Source: Candidatus Levybacteria bacterium RIFCSPHIGHO2_01_FULL_37_17 (GTDB lineage Bacteria; Patescibacteriota; Microgenomatia; Levybacterales; UBA12049). Taken from it: DNA of 64,000 bases. The notes beneath the pieces are model-generated. The model ran no database searches. It had not been told where the DNA came from and worked only from the letters and a program-made list of their open reading frames with translations. Both the position numbers and the translations under genes were made by a program. Positions 9,107 to 19,422 of the stretch are shown piece by piece. The stretch is taken from assembly GCA_001782035.1 (NCBI GenBank), contig MFNL01000001.1, positions 277,012 to 341,011 on the forward strand, in the 5' to 3' direction. Numbering within the stretch: position 1 is the first letter of the stretch; every line of letters starts with the position of its first letter.

Positions 9107-10279
9107 ATGAGTTCAAATAACAAATTAATTATTTTTTTTGCTGGCTTAGCATTATATTTCCTATCTGCAGGAATATCTTATTTTGTTTTCGGATCTGTTT
9201 TATCAAAAAATCCTGCCGCTGTCTCCGTTCCCCTTCCGAAGGTGAGCCAAGACGGTCAACTAAATTTTGATGAAAGCTTGCCTAAGACAGAAGAATGTCC
9301 AATCAACGGCGCTAAATATTCAAAACAGCAAGAGGCATGGTGGAACACACACGGGCCTCTTACTGTTATGATAGAAAATCATCAGGAAGCAAGGCCACAG
9401 TCCGGCCTTTCCAAAGCAGATACAATATATGAAATTGTGGCGGAAGGTGGAATTAGCAGATTTCTTACAGTTTTTTATTGCCAGGATCCCGGGCAGCTTG
9501 GTCCAATAAGATCCGCAAGGACATATTTCATAGATTTTGCGTCAGAATACGGTGATTTTCCTCTGTATGTACACGTTGGGGGAGCCAATACTCCAGGTCC
9601 TGCTGATGCTCTTTCGCAATTAACAACATATGGTTGGACTAACCATAATGATTTAAATCAATTCTCAATCGGTTTTCCGACATTTTGGAGAGATTATGAT
9701 AGGCTGGGCCATACTGTAGCAACAGAGCACACTATGTATTCCACTGCAATTAAACTTTGGGAATATGCTGCCAAAGACAGAGAATTAACTAACGTTGATG
9801 AAGATGGAAAGGCTTGGGATACAAGCTTTTCCCCGTATAAATTTACCGACGATCCAAAGCTTTCCGAACGGGCATCAAAACAAGCTATTAATGTCGAGTA
9901 TTGGAATAATTCAGAGTATTTTGTCGATTGGACATATGACACACAAAGCAACAACTACAAAAGAGAAAATGGAGGAAAGTCACATCTGGATAAAAATACG
10001 AGTAAACAGTTAGCTGCTAAAAATATCGTAGTACTTTTTATGAGAGAATCAAACGCAAATGATGGGTATGAAAACAACGTACATCTTTTATACGGTACAA
10101 AAGGAAACGGAAAAGCAATTGTATTCAAAGACGGGAAAAGAATAAATGCGACATGGAAAAAAGCATCAAGAACGTCAAGAACAATTTTAACAGATTCAAG
10201 CGGAAAAGAAATTGCATTCAACAGAGGATTAATTTGGTTTCACGTATTAGCCACCGATGGAGCTGTTACAGCTAAGTAG
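9107..10279 (+). CDS. DUF3048 (YerB-like) exported protein
   Basis: VMIENHQEARPQSGL, EGGISRF, GPIRSAR. Confidence 0.85.
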   Translation: MSSNNKLIIFFAGLALYFLSAGISYFVFGSVLSKNPAAVSVPLPKVSQDGQLNFDESLPKTEECPINGAKYSKQQEAWWNTHGPLTVMIENHQEARPQSGLSKADTIYEIVAEGGISRFLTVFYCQDPGQLGPIRSARTYFIDFASEYGDFPLYVHVGGANTPGPADALSQLTTYGWTNHNDLNQFSIGFPTFWRDYDRLGHTVATEHTMYSTAIKLWEYAAKDRELTNVDEDGKAWDTSFSPYKFTDDPKLSERASKQAINVEYWNNSEYFVDWTYDTQSNNYKRENGGKSHLDKNTSKQLAAKNIVVLFMRESNANDGYENNVHLLYGTKGNGKAIVFKDGKRINATWKKASRTSRTILTDSSGKEIAFNRGLIWFHVLATDGAVTAK

Positions 10280-10331
10280 TTGCAATTCCCCAATCTTTAT
10301 GATAAAAATTACTCACTTAATTGGATAAAAT

Positions 10332-10907
10332 ATGTTTTCAGATTTAATAACTTCTAAATCAAGAGTTAAGCTACTTTCGGTCTTTTTAGCAAACCCAAAC
10401 GACATGTTCCATGTAAGAGAATTGGTGCGAAGAACAGGGGATGAAATTAATGCTGTCAGACGTGAGCTTGCATTTTTAGAAAATAAGGGGATTCTAAATA
10501 AGGAACCTCGTGCCAACAGGGTTTATTATTCATTTTCCAAAACTTATCCATTTTATTTTGATTTACTTCGCATTGGCTCCAAAAATATGGGGCTTGGTGG
10601 GGATATATTAAAAAATCGTGTCAAACTGGGGAAAATAAAATACGCAATGTTTTCAGGTAAGTTCTTGCGACGAATCAAAGAAAGAGCGGATGAAGTGGAT
10701 TTACTTCTAGTCGGAACAGTGGTTCTTCCCGAGCTTGCGCTTCTTGTACGAGAAGAGGAAAAAAGATTATCAACCGAAATAAACTATACAGTAATGACTG
10801 AGGAAGAGTTTAACTTTAGAAAAAAGAAAAGAGACCCGTTTATTCTATCAATCTTATCAAGCTCAAGAGTTATGCTTCTGGGAGATGAAGAATCTATGCT
10901 TTCATGA
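10332..10907 (+). CDS. Winged-HTH protein with a degenerate nucleotidyltransferase-like C-terminal domain
   Basis: HVRELVRRTGDEINAVRREL HTH; DEVDLLLVG...EINYTVM pol-beta-like strands. Confidence 0.7.
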   Translation: MFSDLITSKSRVKLLSVFLANPNDMFHVRELVRRTGDEINAVRRELAFLENKGILNKEPRANRVYYSFSKTYPFYFDLLRIGSKNMGLGGDILKNRVKLGKIKYAMFSGKFLRRIKERADEVDLLLVGTVVLPELALLVREEEKRLSTEINYTVMTEEEFNFRKKKRDPFILSILSSSRVMLLGDEESMLS

Positions 10908-12196
10908 GAAAAAACCCTAGAACCCTGCTCGCTCTAATAGTAACTCTCACCTTAGTCTCTGTCTTTATAAACCTTCCGAAAGTAGGAAACTTCGATCCAA
11001 ATATCATTTTCCAAAAGTTAAATATTACCAAAGAATTAGCTTTCCGAAAAGGTTTAGACTTGGAAGGTGGAACAAGTCTTATTTTGAGAGCGAATATGAA
11101 AGAGATAGCTTCCTCGCAAAAATCCTCCGCATTGGATAGCGCTAAACTAGTTATAGAAAAAAGAGTTAATCTTTTTGGTGTTTCAGAGCCTCTTGTTCAA
11201 ACTTCAATTGTAAATAACGACTACAGAATTATCGTAGAACTGCCTGGTCTTACCGACATAAATCAAGTAAGACAGCTGATTGGTACAACAGCTCAGCTTT
11301 CATTTTGGGAGGAAGCGAGCTCTTCTGCAAGCATTGCGTCTCCTTCGGCACAGCCGGGGTTTATAAAAACAAGCTTAACTGGAGCGGATATCAAAGATGC
11401 AAGCGTCTCTTTTGACACAAGTACAGGAAAGCCACAAGTTCAGATTAGATTTACAAGTGAGGGATCTAAGAAATTTGCGGATATAACTACGAGAAATGTA
11501 GGCAAGCAGGTTGCAATCGTTTTGGATAATCAGCTAATTGAAAGTCCCGTCGTTAACCAGGCTATTTTAACAGGGGATGCAGTAATTACAGGAAATTTTA
11601 CAGTTGATACAGCAAAGCAATTGTCCACACAGTTGAATGCCGGAGCGCTGCCTGTTCCACTTGAAGTTCTTTCGACTAACGTCATTGAGCCTACTTTAGG
11701 AAGCGCGTCTTTGGCAAAAAGTCTTTTTGCAGGTGTATTAGGATTTATTATAATAATCATTTTTATGATCGGACTTTATGGAAGGCTAGGTGTCGTCGCT
11801 TCTCTTGCGCTTTTTCTCTACGCACTTTTTGTTTTGGCCATTTTTAAAATCAGCTCTATTACTCCATACGGAATCACTTTAACGTTATCAGGAATTGCAG
11901 GCTTTATACTTTCAATCGGAATGGCGGTTGATGCAAATGTTTTAATTTTTGAAAGAACGAAGGAAGAACTTCGAGCAGGTAAAGAAAAAGCTGTTGCAAT
12001 CGAGCTTGGATTTTCAAGAGCTTGGACATCAATTAGGGACTCAAACGTTGCAACTCTAATAACAAGTTTTGTTTTATACCAATTTGGCACAGGAATGGTA
12101 AAAGGCTTTGCTTTAGTTTTAGCAATTGGAGTTTTAGCTTCGATGTTTTCGGCGATTACAATTACTAGAACTTTCATAAGATTTTTATATAAATAA
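10904..12196 (+). CDS. secD: Protein translocase subunit SecD
   Basis: GLDLEGG, GALPVPL, IGMAVDANVLIFER. Confidence 0.96.
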   Translation: MRKNPRTLLALIVTLTLVSVFINLPKVGNFDPNIIFQKLNITKELAFRKGLDLEGGTSLILRANMKEIASSQKSSALDSAKLVIEKRVNLFGVSEPLVQTSIVNNDYRIIVELPGLTDINQVRQLIGTTAQLSFWEEASSSASIASPSAQPGFIKTSLTGADIKDASVSFDTSTGKPQVQIRFTSEGSKKFADITTRNVGKQVAIVLDNQLIESPVVNQAILTGDAVITGNFTVDTAKQLSTQLNAGALPVPLEVLSTNVIEPTLGSASLAKSLFAGVLGFIIIIIFMIGLYGRLGVVASLALFLYALFVLAIFKISSITPYGITLTLSGIAGFILSIGMAVDANVLIFERTKEELRAGKEKAVAIELGFSRAWTSIRDSNVATLITSFVLYQFGTGMVKGFALVLAIGVLASMFSAITITRTFIRFLYK

Positions 12197-12197
12197 T

Positions 12198-13103
12198 ATG
12201 TTTAATATAATTGGCAAAAAATATTGGTTTTTTTTAATATCTACAATTATTATTATTCCCGGTCTTGTGTCACTTTATTTTTATGGCTTAAATCTCTCGA
12301 TTGAGTTTACAGGAGGGTCTAGGCTTTCGTTTGAATTTTCTAAAGAAATAACTAACCAACAAGCGTCAGAAGTAAGAAAAATTTTAGAAGAAAAAAATAT
12401 TAAGGTCTCAACTGTTGAGAAGTCGAATAAAAATCTTTTTATTAGAACTGCACCTCTTTCTCAAAAAGAAAATGTTGAATTGCAAAATGCGCTAAAAAAT
12501 AAATATCCTGATTTTAAACAAATAGGATTTGAAACAATAGGTCCAACAATCGGGCAGGAAATAACCCTTAACGCTTTAAAAGCGATTGCCATCGCATCTA
12601 TTCTGATTGTTTTATATGTAACTTACTCTTTCCGCCAAGTTCCCAAACCCGCAAGTAGCGTCAGGTTTGGAGTAGCCGCAGTTATCGCGCTGGTACACGA
12701 TGTGCTAGTTTTAATAGGAGCTTTTTCAATATTTGGACATTTCTTAAATGTAGAGATTGATAGTCTTTTTGTGACAGCAACTCTGACTGTTATTGGGTTT
12801 TCGGTGCATGACACAATTGTAGTTTTCGATAGAATTAGAGAAAATTTAAAACGGCAAGGAAGTGAGCATTTTGCGGCTACGGTTAATGATTCAATATTGC
12901 AAACTTTTGACCGCTCGCTTAACACATCTCTTACAGTAATTCTTGTTCTTGTTGCTCTTCTTATTTTTGGAGGGGAAACGATAAGATGGTTTGTTGTAGC
13001 GCTTTTGGTTGGAATAATTTCCGGAACCTACTCATCTATTTTCAACGCCGCCCCAATTTTAGTTGTTTGGCAGGAAATTGTCGAGAAGAAAGTTAAGAGG
13101 TAA
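12198..13103 (+). CDS. secF: Protein translocase subunit SecF
   Basis: IEFTGG, HDV, GFSVHDTIVVFDRIREN, GTYSSIF. Confidence 0.96.
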   Translation: MFNIIGKKYWFFLISTIIIIPGLVSLYFYGLNLSIEFTGGSRLSFEFSKEITNQQASEVRKILEEKNIKVSTVEKSNKNLFIRTAPLSQKENVELQNALKNKYPDFKQIGFETIGPTIGQEITLNALKAIAIASILIVLYVTYSFRQVPKPASSVRFGVAAVIALVHDVLVLIGAFSIFGHFLNVEIDSLFVTATLTVIGFSVHDTIVVFDRIRENLKRQGSEHFAATVNDSILQTFDRSLNTSLTVILVLVALLIFGGETIRWFVVALLVGIISGTYSSIFNAAPILVVWQEIVEKKVKR

Positions 13104-13545
13104 GCTTCTCGCTTACTAATTTTGAAACCAGTCCCATATCTGCTTTGCCCTTGAGCTTAGCATTAAGCGCTCCCATAACTTTTCCCATATCTTGCATTGC
13201 TGAGGCTCCAACCTCGTTAATTATTTGTTCAACAACTTTTTGAATCTCTTCCTCACCCATTTGCTCTGGCAAGTATTCTTGTAAGATTTCCAACTCTTTT
13301 TTTTCTTTGTCTGCCAAATCTTGTCTTTGGGCTTTCTCATACTCCGTAATTGAATCGCGTCTTTGTTTTGCCTGAGATTGAATTACCGACAACACATCCT
13401 CTTCTGTCGCACTGTATCCTGCGCCTCCTTTTTGAATTTCATAATAATTTATCGCAGAAAGTAACATTCGCAAAACAGAAGTTTTTAGCTCGTCTTTGGC
13501 AAGCATTGATTCTTTTAATTTTCCCTGTAACTCATCTTTCGTCAT
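13093..13545 (-). CDS. GatB/YqeY domain protein
   Basis: KQRRDSI, YLPEQM, DMGKVMG, KGKAD. Confidence 0.92.
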   Translation of the reverse strand: MTKDELQGKLKESMLAKDELKTSVLRMLLSAINYYEIQKGGAGYSATEEDVLSVIQSQAKQRRDSITEYEKAQRQDLADKEKKELEILQEYLPEQMGEEEIQKVVEQIINEVGASAMQDMGKVMGALNAKLKGKADMGLVSKLVSEKLTS

Positions 13546-13552
13546 AACCTAA

Positions 13553-14908
13553 TTATAGCTCTTTAATTCTTTTTTCTAAATACTCTTTGTTATTTAATTT
13601 TAAATTTTCGTCTACCTCTTCAAAAAGTTTTTTTAATATTTCTCCGACTTTGGGACCAGGTTTAATATTTAAAATTCTCATTACGTCCTTTCCATTAACA
13701 GCTAAATCGTTCATCGAGAATGGTTTTGGAGCAAGTTCCCCTGCGACTCTTTCTTTGAATTTTTTTAATCTCCAGCTTTCTGCTTTTTGGGTTCCTCCGC
13801 CGAGCCTGTCTCCAATTCTAAGGTCCATCATATCAGCAACATTTTCAACCCCAATTCTTCTTATAAATCGCCTTACCGCTGAATCAGTTAAGTTCTCGTT
13901 AACAGAAAACATGTGCCAGCGCACTAAAGTTATAACTTTATCCCTATCTTTTTTTGAAAACTTAAGCCTGTCACATAATTCCCCCGCAATTTTTGCGCCG
14001 GCTACCTCGTGGTTATAAAAAATGACCAATCCCTTATCATCCTTTGAGGCGACTTGTGGTTTTCCAATATCGTGAATTAGAGCGGCAAACTTAACAATTG
14101 GGTTTGTAGACGGACAAAACTTTAAAGATAAAACATTATGAGTAAAAACATCTTCGGTATGGTGTCTTCCGGCTCTTGCCTGAGACAGTCCAATGCCCTC
14201 TAAAAGCTGCGGAATAATATATTTTAAAAGCCCGCTTTCGTATAGCATTATTGCGCCTTCGTATGCAAACTCCGACTTCAAAATCCTCAAAAGTTCTGCT
14301 TGCACTCTTTCTTTTGAGATGTGTTCCAAGAGCTTCGCATCACTTTTTATACTTTTCCATGTTTTCTCTTCGATTGTAAACTGCAGCTCTGTTGCAATTC
14401 GAATTCCCCGCATAAGTCTTAATGCATCTTCTTTAAATCTTAAGTTTGGATTTCCAACTGCTCTTACAATTTTTTCTTTTAAATCCTTTTCCCCGTCGAG
14501 TGGGTCGATGATTTTATATTCTCCGTTTTTTATTTCAAGAGCAATAGCGTTTATCGTAAAGTCCCTTCTTGATAAATCGTCTTCTATGGTTTTCCCCCAT
14601 TCAATTTTTTCGGGTTTATGGGTGGGAGACTCGCTCCATTCTTTTCTAAATGTAGTAATTTCTGCAATCTTTTTCTCGCCCTTTAACTCAAAAGATACCC
14701 CAACTGTTCCAAACTGGTTATCGTAAAATCCATTTTGGAAAACTTTTAATATTTGTTCTGGTGTCGCATTCGTTGTTAGATCCCAGTCTTTTACGGAGTT
14801 GCTCAGCAGTAAGCTTCGTACGCATCCTCCTACGAAATAAACTTCAAAATTAGCTTTTTGTAGTTTTTTATAAATTTCAATAACTTCGTTTGGAATATCT
14901 TTCTGCAT
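13553..14908 (-). CDS. Class II tRNA nucleotidyltransferase (CCA-adding family) with HD domain
   Basis: VGGCVR, DWD, RRDFTINAIA, EDALR, HDIGK; start placed at the internal ATG (MQKDIP). Confidence 0.9.
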   Translation of the reverse strand: MQKDIPNEVIEIYKKLQKANFEVYFVGGCVRSLLLSNSVKDWDLTTNATPEQILKVFQNGFYDNQFGTVGVSFELKGEKKIAEITTFRKEWSESPTHKPEKIEWGKTIEDDLSRRDFTINAIALEIKNGEYKIIDPLDGEKDLKEKIVRAVGNPNLRFKEDALRLMRGIRIATELQFTIEEKTWKSIKSDAKLLEHISKERVQAELLRILKSEFAYEGAIMLYESGLLKYIIPQLLEGIGLSQARAGRHHTEDVFTHNVLSLKFCPSTNPIVKFAALIHDIGKPQVASKDDKGLVIFYNHEVAGAKIAGELCDRLKFSKKDRDKVITLVRWHMFSVNENLTDSAVRRFIRRIGVENVADMMDLRIGDRLGGGTQKAESWRLKKFKERVAGELAPKPFSMNDLAVNGKDVMRILNIKPGPKVGEILKKLFEEVDENLKLNNKEYLEKRIKEL

Positions 14909-14957
14909 AGCTTGTTCGGTTAAGCTTACTTTGCTATAGTATAGCAAGTTTTAAGAG

Positions 14958-16616
14958 ATGAAAAAATGGAACTTGCTCCATCAAGTTGAAAGTCAAAATT
15001 CAAAAGTCAAAAACGATGATATTCTTGACATCCTTCTAGAGAACAGAGGAATTAAGACTAAAAAAGAAAAAGAAAATTTCCTTACCCCAAAATTTAAAGA
15101 AGTAACAATTGCTTCTGTGGAAATTGACAAAAAACACCTCAAAAAAGCAACAGCAAGAATTAAAAAAGCAATTAATAATAAAGAGAAAATAATTATTTTT
15201 GGGGATTACGATGTAGATGGAATAGCCGCATCTGCAATTCTTTGGGAAACATTAAATAATTTAGGGGCGAATGTTTTGCCTTATATTCCATCAAGATTTG
15301 AAGAGGGATACGGACTAAGCATTAAAGGAATTGATAATGTTCTTGCTCAAAATTCAGATTTAAAATTGATAATAACAGTGGATAACGGAATTGTCGCAAA
15401 CGTTGCAATTGATTATGCAAATAAAAAAGGAGTTGATGTTATTATTACAGATCATCATGTAAAACCTGTTAATTCTAAGCTTCCAAAAGCCTTTGCAATA
15501 ATTCATACTACGCTTCTTTGTGGCGCAGGCGTTGCATATTTTCTGTCAAAAGACTTAAAAAACGAGACAATTGATTTTCCTGACAGCCATCTAGAGCTTG
15601 TTGCGCTGGCAACTATTGCAGATTTAGTTTCGCTTAAGGATGGAAACAGGGTATTTGTTCGTTTTGGAATTGAGGCCTTGAGGAAAACCAAAAGACCGGG
15701 TCTTCTTTCGCTTTTTTCCAAGGCTGACATTGATAAAGATGAAATTGGTGTTTATCAAGTAGGCCATATAATTGCACCTAGATTAAATGCTATGGGAAGA
15801 CTCACGAATGCAATGGATAGCTTAAGACTCATTTGCACTTCCAGCGTGCAAAGGGCGAATGATTTAGCTAATACTCTGGCAAAGACAAATTTGGAAAGAC
15901 AAGAAATCACAGCGGGAACACTCGATCATGCCTTAAGCGGTGCAAAGAAAAACTTGCTTAAAAAATTAATTTTTATAGCAGACAAATCCTATAAAGAGGG
16001 TGTAATTGGTTTAGTCGCGGGCAGGCTAGTTGAAGAATATTATTTACCTTCTATTGTTATTTCAAAAGGCAAAAAATATAGCAAAGCCTCCGCAAGAAGT
16101 GTTTTAGGGTTCAATATAGTCGAGTTTTTAAGGGAAGCATCAGATTTACTTGTGGACGTAGGGGGACATCCTATGGCAGCAGGATTTACTGTGGAAACGA
16201 AAAACTTAGCAAAGCTGGAGAAATTTTTATATGAAAAGGTTTCAAAGCTTATTAGCAAAGATCATTTAGAACGCAAGCTAAATATAGACTTAATTTTACC
16301 TGAGGATTTAATAGGTTTGGATTTATATTCTTATATTCAAAAATTGTCTCCTTTTGGAATGGCAAATCCGGAACCTACTTTTCTTACACACAATTTGAGG
16401 ATCTTTGAAATAAAAAAAGTCGGCAGAGATGGCAAACATCTTAAGCTAAAATTAAATACTATTAATGGAGCGCGCCTTGATGCCATTGCGTTTGGAATGG
16501 GTGATTCTAAGTTAAAAATAGGAGATGCTATAAATGTTGTCTATACTTTTTCGGTAGATGAATGGAACGGAAATAAAAAGCTCCAGCTAAAAGTAAAAGA
16601 TTTTAAAACTATCTAG
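14958..16616 (+). CDS. recJ: Single-stranded-DNA-specific exonuclease RecJ
   Basis: GDYDVDG, TVDNG, TDHH, PRLNAMGR, GGHPMAAG, PFGMANPEP. Confidence 0.95.
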   Translation: MKKWNLLHQVESQNSKVKNDDILDILLENRGIKTKKEKENFLTPKFKEVTIASVEIDKKHLKKATARIKKAINNKEKIIIFGDYDVDGIAASAILWETLNNLGANVLPYIPSRFEEGYGLSIKGIDNVLAQNSDLKLIITVDNGIVANVAIDYANKKGVDVIITDHHVKPVNSKLPKAFAIIHTTLLCGAGVAYFLSKDLKNETIDFPDSHLELVALATIADLVSLKDGNRVFVRFGIEALRKTKRPGLLSLFSKADIDKDEIGVYQVGHIIAPRLNAMGRLTNAMDSLRLICTSSVQRANDLANTLAKTNLERQEITAGTLDHALSGAKKNLLKKLIFIADKSYKEGVIGLVAGRLVEEYYLPSIVISKGKKYSKASARSVLGFNIVEFLREASDLLVDVGGHPMAAGFTVETKNLAKLEKFLYEKVSKLISKDHLERKLNIDLILPEDLIGLDLYSYIQKLSPFGMANPEPTFLTHNLRIFEIKKVGRDGKHLKLKLNTINGARLDAIAFGMGDSKLKIGDAINVVYTFSVDEWNGNKKLQLKVKDFKTI

Positions 16617-16995
16617 CCCACTCAAAGACTACGCCTCGCCTTGACAATTTTGTAGATTCAGAAACAGCAGCTTCTATACTATCGACTTGCGCAGATACAT
16701 CAGGCATTTCATATATTCCTTCTACCTTAGCTGTTTTAAGCTCCTCATCTCTTTCTGCTAAAGCTATTGGATCGGTTAAGTATCTAACATGTCTTTCTAT
16801 GTCCGGCTCAGTAACATTAAACCTTATCAATGCGGCTTTGTATGCCTCAACATGGCTAGAGGTTAGTTGAGATACAGGCTCTTCTCTTGTTACTGTCAAG
16901 CAATGAATACCATTTCTTTCTTTGATTGACCTTGGTTTTTCTCCTACACTGTGTATTTTTAGCCTTCGTATTCCACTTTCAATAAAGTTTCTCAT
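16609..16995 (-). CDS. Hypothetical protein
   Basis: ORF 16609-17079 in the track; likely start at ATG 16995 (MRNFIES); no recognised motif. Confidence 0.5.
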   Translation of the reverse strand: MRNFIESGIRRLKIHSVGEKPRSIKERNGIHCLTVTREEPVSQLTSSHVEAYKAALIRFNVTEPDIERHVRYLTDPIALAERDEELKTAKVEGIYEMPDVSAQVDSIEAAVSESTKLSRRGVVFEWAR

Positions 16996-17131
16996 AAAAA
17001 ATTTCCGCAAAAAAACTTCCTTTCTGAAGCACAAAAATGGCTTCGTAGGGAAGTTAATCAATAATCTTATTAAATGCAAGTGATTTCATAAATATTAATT
17101 CCATATCAAATCGTATCACCTAAAAATTAGC

Positions 17132-17160
17132 TTGTCAAGAGCTTAGGAGGATGATATCAT
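17132..17160 (+). promoter_or_regulatory. Sigma70-type promoter of aspS (near-leaderless)
   Basis: TTGTCA-17 nt-TATCAT with extended TG; ATG 8 nt downstream at 17169. Confidence 0.6.
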
Positions 17161-17168
17161 CAAGATTA

Positions 17169-18521
17169 ATGAGTAGGGTTTTAGCCACAGATGCGAAGGA
17201 TTTTGTAGAAAAAGAAATATCTATAAAAGGGTGGGTAAGGTTAAGGCGAGATCACGGAAAGCTGATTTTTCTTGATATTAGGGATAGGAGTGGAATTATT
17301 CAGGTGGTGGTTAATCCTCAAGTTTCGCAATCTGCTTATAAAAATGCTCAAGCGCTGGGGGTTGAATATGCGGTTGAAATTAAAGGAAGAGTAAATAAAC
17401 GCCCGGAAAATTCCATTAATAAAGATCTAGAAAGCGGCAGAGTTGAGCTTGAGGCAACAGAAATAAAAATACTGGCTAAGGCTCCTGTTTTACCCTTTGA
17501 TATGGGAGGGGAAGATTTGAAACTTGAGCTGCCAACTCTTCTTGACCACAGGGGTCTGACTCTACGTCACCCTAAAATAGCCGCAATTTTTAAAGTCCAG
17601 GCAGTTATCATAGATGAGTTTAGAAATTATCTTAAAAGGGAGGGTTTTGTTGAGTTCCAGGCTCCTTCAATTGCTCCTGCGGTAGCTGAAGGCGGAGCTG
17701 CCGTTTTTGAGGTTGATTATTTTGGAAATAAAGCATATCTTTCCCAGAGCCCCCAGCTTTATAAGCAGATTGTAATGTCTGCATTCGAGCGCGTTTTCTC
17801 TGTAAATAAGGTGTTCAGAGCAGAACCCTCAGTTACTACAAGGCATTTGACCGAGGTGGTTTCTTTGGACGCTGAAATGGCATTCATAGAGTCTTGGGAG
17901 GATGTAAAGGATATGGCGCAGTCTACTGTTAGAACAATTTTAAAAAGACTTGAGAAAGAGTGCGCAAAAGAGCTTAAAATGTACAAGGTCGAGCTTCCTA
18001 AAATGATTGAAAAGACTCCATATTTAAGCCTTAGAGATGCCCAGGAAAAAATTTTCAAACATTCAGGCCGAGACGCGCGAGGCGAAAAAGACCTAAACCC
18101 TCAAGATGAGCGCGAGATTTGCGAAATAATCAAAAAGGAAACAGGCTCCGATTTTGTATTTATTTACGGATATCCAACAAAAGAGAAACCATTTTATGTT
18201 TATCCAAATCCCGACAATCCTGAGTATAACGAGGGCATGGATTTACTCTGTAAAGGTCTTGAGTGGGCATCAGGAGGCAGAAGGGTAAATGACTATGACC
18301 AGCTGATGGAGCACGTTAAAAAATGGAAACTTAACCCAGCCAAAATCAAGCTTTTTCTCGAAACATTTAAGTACGGAATACCTCCCGAAGGAGGATTTGC
18401 GTTGGGGGCAGAAAGAATGACTATGCAGATTTTAGAGCTGTCTAACGTACGTGAGGCTAGTATATTTCCAAGAGATATTGAAAGAATTGATGAAAGGCTT
18501 ACCTCTAAAAAAAGGTCCTAA
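17169..18521 (+). CDS. aspS: Aspartate--tRNA ligase, archaeal-type/likely non-discriminating (no GAD insert)
   Basis: OB-fold N-terminus, QSPQLYKQ, FRAE, RHLTE, GGFALGAER, FPRD; about 450 aa. Confidence 0.9.
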   Translation: MSRVLATDAKDFVEKEISIKGWVRLRRDHGKLIFLDIRDRSGIIQVVVNPQVSQSAYKNAQALGVEYAVEIKGRVNKRPENSINKDLESGRVELEATEIKILAKAPVLPFDMGGEDLKLELPTLLDHRGLTLRHPKIAAIFKVQAVIIDEFRNYLKREGFVEFQAPSIAPAVAEGGAAVFEVDYFGNKAYLSQSPQLYKQIVMSAFERVFSVNKVFRAEPSVTTRHLTEVVSLDAEMAFIESWEDVKDMAQSTVRTILKRLEKECAKELKMYKVELPKMIEKTPYLSLRDAQEKIFKHSGRDARGEKDLNPQDEREICEIIKKETGSDFVFIYGYPTKEKPFYVYPNPDNPEYNEGMDLLCKGLEWASGGRRVNDYDQLMEHVKKWKLNPAKIKLFLETFKYGIPPEGGFALGAERMTMQILELSNVREASIFPRDIERIDERLTSKKRS

Positions 18522-19422
18522 AGAGTTCTATAAAATTTATTCACTGATTTTATTTTCAATATTTCTTGTGCTTTTTTCTCTAAGTATAATACTTAAGTTT
18601 TGGATTATAAATTACTCAACTAACGATATTCCAATCAAACCTAGGGCCGACTTTAAGTACCCAGTGCTTAAGGCTGAGTTCAACCCGCAAATAAGCGCAA
18701 CCGGTGCAATTATCATGGACGGCAAAACAAAAGCACTTATTTACTCAAAAAATCCCAAATTAAGGTTTTCCCCAGCCTCGACTACTAAAATTATGACAGC
18801 AATAGTTGCCTTGGACAGCTTTAAGCTCAACGATATTTTGACCGTAAAAGAAGCAACTACTGAGGGCTCCATTCTTGGACTTTATCCCGGAGAGCAGCTT
18901 AGCTTAGAATCACTTCTCTACGCACTGCTTCTTCCCTCGGCCAATGATGCTGCTTTAACCATTGCTCAAAATTATCCGGGTGGAGAAAAGAAATTTATTG
19001 ATAAAATGAACGAAAAAGCAAAATTATTTATGCTTGAAAATACTCATTTTGGAGACCCGGCAGGACTTGAAGATAGCAAAAACTTTACTACCCCGTTTGA
19101 TTTAGCCAGACTTGCGTCGTTTGCGATGGAAAATTCTGATTTTGCAAAAATTGTTTCAACTCAGTACAAAATCATAACAGACATGAGTGGCGCTTCGGTT
19201 TATTTTTTGGAAAACTTAAACAAGCTTTTAGGCACAGATAACATAACAGGAATAAAAACCGGATACACACAGGAGGCAGGGCAGGTTTTAGTTATCTCAA
19301 AGGTTGAAAGCGGCAACACCATAATTTTGGTCGTTATGGGAAGTGAAGATAGATTCCTTGATACTCAGAAGCTCTTAAGCTTAATTAGTGGAAATCTTAC
19401 TTACTTATCCATTCATCCGTAA
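18490..19422 (+). CDS. D-alanyl-D-alanine carboxypeptidase (peptidase S11)
   Basis: PASTTK (SxxK), SAN (SxN), KTG; N-terminal TM anchor. Confidence 0.92.
   Translation: MKGLPLKKGPKEFYKIYSLILFSIFLVLFSLSIILKFWIINYSTNDIPIKPRADFKYPVLKAEFNPQISATGAIIMDGKTKALIYSKNPKLRFSPASTTKIMTAIVALDSFKLNDILTVKEATTEGSILGLYPGEQLSLESLLYALLLPSANDAALTIAQNYPGGEKKFIDKMNEKAKLFMLENTHFGDPAGLEDSKNFTTPFDLARLASFAMENSDFAKIVSTQYKIITDMSGASVYFLENLNKLLGTDNITGIKTGYTQEAGQVLVISKVESGNTIILVVMGSEDRFLDTQKLLSLISGNLTYLSIHP

Noticed and set aside
17145-17153. AGGAGG as SD for the aspS ATG at 17151
   Set aside because: Zero spacing to that ATG, and it lies within the promoter spacer; ATG 17169 fits better
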